The notes under the pieces were generated by a model. The model ran no database searches. It saw only the letters and a list, made by a program, of their open reading frames with translations, and had not been told where the DNA came from. A stretch of DNA of 32,000 nt from Erysipelothrix inopinata (GTDB lineage Bacteria > Bacillota_I > Bacilli_A > Erysipelotrichales > Erysipelotrichaceae): assembly GCF_014396165.1 (NCBI RefSeq), contig NZ_CP060715.1, forward strand, positions 360,001 to 392,000. The letters are read 5' to 3'. Positions 28,351-32,000 of the stretch are shown piece after piece. Position numbers and translations under genes: made by a program. Position 1 is the stretch's first letter. Every line of letters starts with the position of its first letter.

Positions 28351-29727
28351 TTATACTCCGTAAACTGCTTTTGGATCCAGTCTACATGGTGGCCCGTAGC
28401 TTGTACATGGTCTACCATCAGTATATGCAGAACCGGTACCAAAGTTTGGTGACCCATTCCAACGATCATATGCGGCATTAATGCCATCATCCCCTAAATA
28501 TATAACTTCAACATGTAAGTGTGGACCGGTTGACGATCCCGTATTTCCTGATAAAGCAACAAGTTGTCCGGATGTAATTGGTGATCCTGAACCAACTTTT
28601 AAACTACCATTTTGAAGATGGGCGTATAAAACACCATAGACTTTATCCACACCATCGACATTTACAGAAATCATACTGCTTACGTGGTTTCCATATCCCC
28701 CACCACATGATCTATTTCCTTCAACACAACCATTTTGAGTTCCAACAACAACACCGTTTCCCGAAGAAACAATTGCGGTACCTCGGCTTACACCAAAGTC
28801 AGTTCCGTTATGTCTTCCGCCACCATATTGTGGTGGATAGTGCCATACTCCAGCTGTGATCGAATAGGAACCTTGTACTGGGTTATGGAATCCAAGTGAT
28901 GATACAGTTGATTCACCAATTTTATTAATCTTTGAAGCATCAGCAGCGATTTTGCTATTGATATTATCAGCTTGAGCTTGTAATTCCGCTTCTTCTTTAT
29001 GAAGTTCCGAAATAATGCTTAGGACTGATTTTTCAAGTTCTTCTGCCTCTGCCTTTTGTGTTACCGCAAGTTCTTGATCCTCAACAAGATTCGCCTTTTG
29101 TATTACTTGAAGATCTTGATCTTCTTTTAGCGCCTCGCGTTCAGTTTCTAACCCTTGCACAATTTCTTCATTTCGACGACGAATGTGAGACATGCCTTCG
29201 ACACGACGCACAACATCAGAGAAATCCTGAGCACCCATTATAAATTCTATATATCCGTTAACGCGCATTGTTGACTGCGAATTTAACATATATTCTTTTA
29301 CTTTGAGTTCTTCTTCTTTTATTTTTTCAATACGTGCTTCAATTTCTTCATCAAGTTTTTCTATTGCTTCTTCAGAAACTTTGATTGAAGCTTCTATTTC
29401 AGAAATGAGTTCTGTTTTTTCTTTAACTAAACCTTTATAGTTTTCAAGTTCTTTATAGTGATAATCAAGGTTTGCTTTGATATCTTTGGTTGAATTCTTA
29501 AGTTCAGCCAAGCTTGACTCTTGTTCTTTCACTTCGTCCTTTAAATAAGTACGGAATGCTTCACAACGTTCTTTGTTTTGTTGATACCATTTTCCTTGGC
29601 AATTTGTAAAATAAAACTGTTTATCACTAAATGGCGGATATTGATCCGCAAATATCGGAGCAAAAAAAGACAGGATCAGAAATAATACCAACATGATTAA
29701 TATCGAATTTCTGAATATCTTTTTCAT
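28351..29727 (-). CDS. Secreted coiled-coil M23 (LytM-type) metallopeptidase, paralog A (EnvC/PcsB-like architecture)
   Basis: Start re-set to ATG 29727 (MKKIFRNSILIMLVLFLILSFFAPIFA, signal peptide), which overlaps the ftsX TGA as ATGA. Coiled coil plus an M23 domain with HNGTD (HxxxD) and HLH (HxH). Confidence 0.8.
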   Translation of the reverse strand: MKKIFRNSILIMLVLFLILSFFAPIFADQYPPFSDKQFYFTNCQGKWYQQNKERCEAFRTYLKDEVKEQESSLAELKNSTKDIKANLDYHYKELENYKGLVKEKTELISEIEASIKVSEEAIEKLDEEIEARIEKIKEEELKVKEYMLNSQSTMRVNGYIEFIMGAQDFSDVVRRVEGMSHIRRRNEEIVQGLETEREALKEDQDLQVIQKANLVEDQELAVTQKAEAEELEKSVLSIISELHKEEAELQAQADNINSKIAADASKINKIGESTVSSLGFHNPVQGSYSITAGVWHYPPQYGGGRHNGTDFGVSRGTAIVSSGNGVVVGTQNGCVEGNRSCGGGYGNHVSSMISVNVDGVDKVYGVLYAHLQNGSLKVGSGSPITSGQLVALSGNTGSSTGPHLHVEVIYLGDDGINAAYDRWNGSPNFGTGSAYTDGRPCTSYGPPCRLDPKAVYGV

Positions 29728-30629
29728 CGTGTCCACCTCAACAATTTACCTACTGATAGTAAGGAACCAATTGCACCAACTCCTACACCAATCGCTACTA
29801 GTATAAGCGAAGATTGGTAAACAAGGGGGCTTGGTGGCACAAGAGTGAACATACGTGATATTAAAAATCCTCCAGTAGCATCATATAAGTATTGATATCC
29901 AAATATTGAAACGAGGACTGGAATTATCGATCCAATCAATCCAATCAACATTCCTTCAATAATAAATGGCCAACGGATGTACCAGTTTGTGGCACCCACC
30001 GTTCTCATAATACTAATTTCACGACGTCGTGAATGAATCGATACACGAATCGTATTTGAGATTAGGAAAATTGCGACGATACCAAGTGCCGCAACTATTA
30101 CAACACCAATATAACGCACTTGTTCAAGCGTTGAAATAAAGGTAGAGGTTGCACTCCCACCATAAACAGCTTTATAAACTCCTTCAACGCCACTGATGCG
30201 CGCTGTAGCATCTACAAGTTGATCACCAGATACTGCTTGAACCAAGAATGCATGTGTAAACGGATTGTTCTCACCACGGAATGGCCCAAACAATTGTTCA
30301 GAATCTGCACTTTCATCCAGTTGAATAAATGCTTCGAGTTCTTCATCTTTCGACGAGAATTTAACTTCTGCAATACCAGGTAATGCTTTAATTTCTTTTT
30401 CGATTCGATCAAGTTGATCTTGAGCTTCATAGTTCTTATCAACTTGAACGTGAATTTGAACACTTTGTTCTACTTTCTTAGTGATTTCAGTTAAGTTTGA
30501 ACTTAAAAATAGGAACGCAGCCATAATTAATAAGGTCACTGTAACTGAGGAAATACTCGATAGTGATAACGCAAAGTGACGCGTTACTCCTTGAAATCCT
30601 TCACGAATATGACGCCAAATTCTAGTCAT
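29724..30629 (-). CDS. ftsX: Cell-division ABC transporter permease-like protein FtsX
   Basis: 301 aa. TM1, an extracellular domain of about 100 aa, then three C-terminal TMs. Conserved IRVSIHSRRREISIMRTVGATNWYIRWPFIIEG segment. 8-nt overlap with ftsE. Confidence 0.9.
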   Translation of the reverse strand: MTRIWRHIREGFQGVTRHFALSLSSISSVTVTLLIMAAFLFLSSNLTEITKKVEQSVQIHVQVDKNYEAQDQLDRIEKEIKALPGIAEVKFSSKDEELEAFIQLDESADSEQLFGPFRGENNPFTHAFLVQAVSGDQLVDATARISGVEGVYKAVYGGSATSTFISTLEQVRYIGVVIVAALGIVAIFLISNTIRVSIHSRRREISIMRTVGATNWYIRWPFIIEGMLIGLIGSIIPVLVSIFGYQYLYDATGGFLISRMFTLVPPSPLVYQSSLILVAIGVGVGAIGSLLSVGKLLRWTR

Positions 30630-31311
30630 GATTAATATATCCTCCTGAAGTTAAGTCTGCAACCACATGTCCTGCATCAAGAGCGATTGTTCTTTTCTTA
30701 TTTGTATTCACAATATCAACATCATGAGTAACCATTAAAATAGTGGTATTTTCCTCATGATTAATTTTTTCAAGTAATTCAATAATTTCTGTTGATTTCT
30801 CAGGGTCCAAGTTCCCTGTAGGTTCATCAGCAATCAATAATTGTGGTTTGTTCGCAATCGCACGCGCAATCGCGACACGTTGCTGTTGTCCACCGGATAA
30901 TTCCATTGGATATGAGTTTGCTTTCTCACTTAAATCAACCAAACGAAGTACTTCTCGAACTCTTTGGCGAAGTTTAACACTTGGTGTATTCACAACTTCA
31001 AGTGCAAAAGCAACATTCTCAAATACAGTTTTATGCTCTAAGAGTTTAAAGTCTTGAAACACAACTCCGATGCGACGACGATACAAAGGAACTTTAGAAT
31101 GTCGTAATTTCCCAACATTATAATCTCCAACAATTACTGTACCTTTTGATGGAATTTCTTCACCGTCTAAAAGCTTAATGAGAGTGGATTTTCCCGAACC
31201 TGTAGGACCGATGATATAGACAAACTCACCTTGATCCACACTTAAATTTACGTCATACAAAGCATTGACACCATTTTTATACTGCTTTGATACATTAGTC
31301 ATTAATAACAC
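30622..31311 (-). CDS. ftsE: Cell-division ATP-binding protein FtsE
   Basis: Walker A GPTGSGKST, signature LSGGQQQR, Walker B LLIADEPTGNLD. The track's GTG 31320 overlaps the AAGGAG SD, so GTG 31311 (8-nt spacing) is preferred; ATG 31302 is an alternative. Confidence 0.9.
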   Translation of the reverse strand: MLLMTNVSKQYKNGVNALYDVNLSVDQGEFVYIIGPTGSGKSTLIKLLDGEEIPSKGTVIVGDYNVGKLRHSKVPLYRRRIGVVFQDFKLLEHKTVFENVAFALEVVNTPSVKLRQRVREVLRLVDLSEKANSYPMELSGGQQQRVAIARAIANKPQLLIADEPTGNLDPEKSTEIIELLEKINHEENTTILMVTHDVDIVNTNKKRTIALDAGHVVADLTSGGYINHD

Positions 31312-31333
31312 ATTTACCACTCCTTGCTTTTTA

Positions 31334-31342
31334 ATTATAACA
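31334..31342 (-). promoter_or_regulatory. Putative extended -10 promoter (TGtTATAAT) for ftsEX
   Basis: Minus strand: ...atgtctaTGtTATAATtaaaaagcAAGGAG. It lies in the 47-nt gap after the yitT-family gene. Confidence 0.45.
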
Positions 31343-31358
31343 TAGACATATTTTTTAT

Positions 31359-32000
31359 TTATATTTTATAGAACCCTAACCCATGTACTTCCGTAACATT
31401 GGATACAATTAAAAATGCATTCGGATCAACTTCTTTAACCATCTTTTCCAATTCATTATACTGCTCTTTTAGTAAAACAGTCATAATAATCTCTTTCGAA
31501 TCCTTCGTATATCCACCTCGAGCACTAATAAGTGTCGACCCTCTTTCAAGAAGTTCGTGAATATGATCAAGAATTTCATCATTTTTATCAGATATGATGA
31601 AGATTTGTTTTGCTTCTTCACCACCAAACATTTGAATTTTATCAACTGTGTGCGTTGCTGCATAGATAGATAAGAAACCAATTAACACTTCATTCAAGCC
31701 ATACGTTTTCAATCCCACTAGGACGGTAATCGCATCAACGATTAAAATCCAAATAGAAACTTTGATACCTGTATACTTGGAAAGAATTAGAGGAGGAATA
31801 TCCATCCCACCTGTACTGGCACCTGTTCTAAAGGTCAATCCCAAGCCGACACCGGTCAGCGCACCACCAAATATTGAAGCTAAAATGGGGTCAACAGGAA
31901 CACTCATATTTAATCCACCCAATAGATTCACAAACGTAGGATAAAGTATGGAACTTGCCAATGTTTTTAATGCAAACGACTTACCTAAAAAAACAAATCC
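31359..32000 (-). CDS. YitT-family membrane protein (DUF161 repeats plus C-terminal DUF2179), 5' end outside the window
   Basis: The frame stays open to position 32000 (GFVFLGKSFALKTLASSILYP...). Motifs GASTGGMDI and the C-terminal soluble domain STLISARGGYT...IIMTVL...DPNAFLIVSNVTEVHGLGF are typical of YitT/DUF2179 proteins. Confidence 0.8.
   Translation of the reverse strand, partial: GFVFLGKSFALKTLASSILYPTFVNLLGGLNMSVPVDPILASIFGGALTGVGLGLTFRTGASTGGMDIPPLILSKYTGIKVSIWILIVDAITVLVGLKTYGLNEVLIGFLSIYAATHTVDKIQMFGGEEAKQIFIISDKNDEILDHIHELLERGSTLISARGGYTKDSKEIIMTVLLKEQYNELEKMVKEVDPNAFLIVSNVTEVHGLGFYKI

Noticed and set aside
28284-28490. 69-codon N-terminal extension of the 565-aa track ORF (MMALMPHMIVGMGHQ...)
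   Set aside because: It would overlap the 3' end of paralog A and run through a strong terminator. The internal ATG at 28283 has a GGAGGA SD and is followed by a typical signal peptide.

Overview
AT-rich chromosomal segment of the low-GC Bacillota type, using the standard genetic code: TGA acts as a stop (sigH-like, ant(6)-like and ftsX genes end on it). All 31 genes I can support lie on the minus strand. They are tightly packed, with many overlapping or abutting stop/start junctions. Order in the direction of transcription (high to low coordinates, |T| = intrinsic terminator): yitT-family (partial) | ftsE-ftsX-M23 peptidase A |T| M23 peptidase B - flavodoxin-like NAD(P)H oxidoreductase |T| S41 C-terminal protease-uvrB |T| ant(6)-like nucleotidyltransferase | uvrA-hprK-lgt::HAD fusion-trxB |T| rapZ-yvcK-whiA | small membrane protein - Eis-like protein | gap |T| cysS-mrnC-rlmB-sigH-like |T| rpmG-secE-nusG |T| mvaK1-mvaD-mvaK2-fni-SBP-like membrane protein | ung (partial). 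Two genes missing from the ORF track were recovered by hand: rpmG (6897..7055) and a partial ung (1..580). Several track ORFs begin too early, on GTG/TTG codons that overlap their own Shine-Dalgarno; I re-set those starts. I found no tRNA/rRNA, CRISPR array, IS element, prophage or recognisable defence genes. This is mostly core housekeeping DNA syntenic with Bacillus subtilis blocks, and I do not see a clear novel multi-gene system. The leads most worth a second look are: (1) an ftsEX operon feeding two tandem, Cys-rich coiled-coil M23 peptidase paralogs that both keep the catalytic site; (2) a self-contained ant(6)-like cassette between uvrB and uvrA; (3) an Lgt-HAD phosphatase fusion; (4) loss of the near-universal nusG-rplKA linkage, with a mevalonate operon in that position ending in an orphan membrane-anchored SBP-like protein; (5) a Rex-like palindrome abutting a consensus gap promoter. 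All functional calls come from motifs I could read in the translations; no database search was run.
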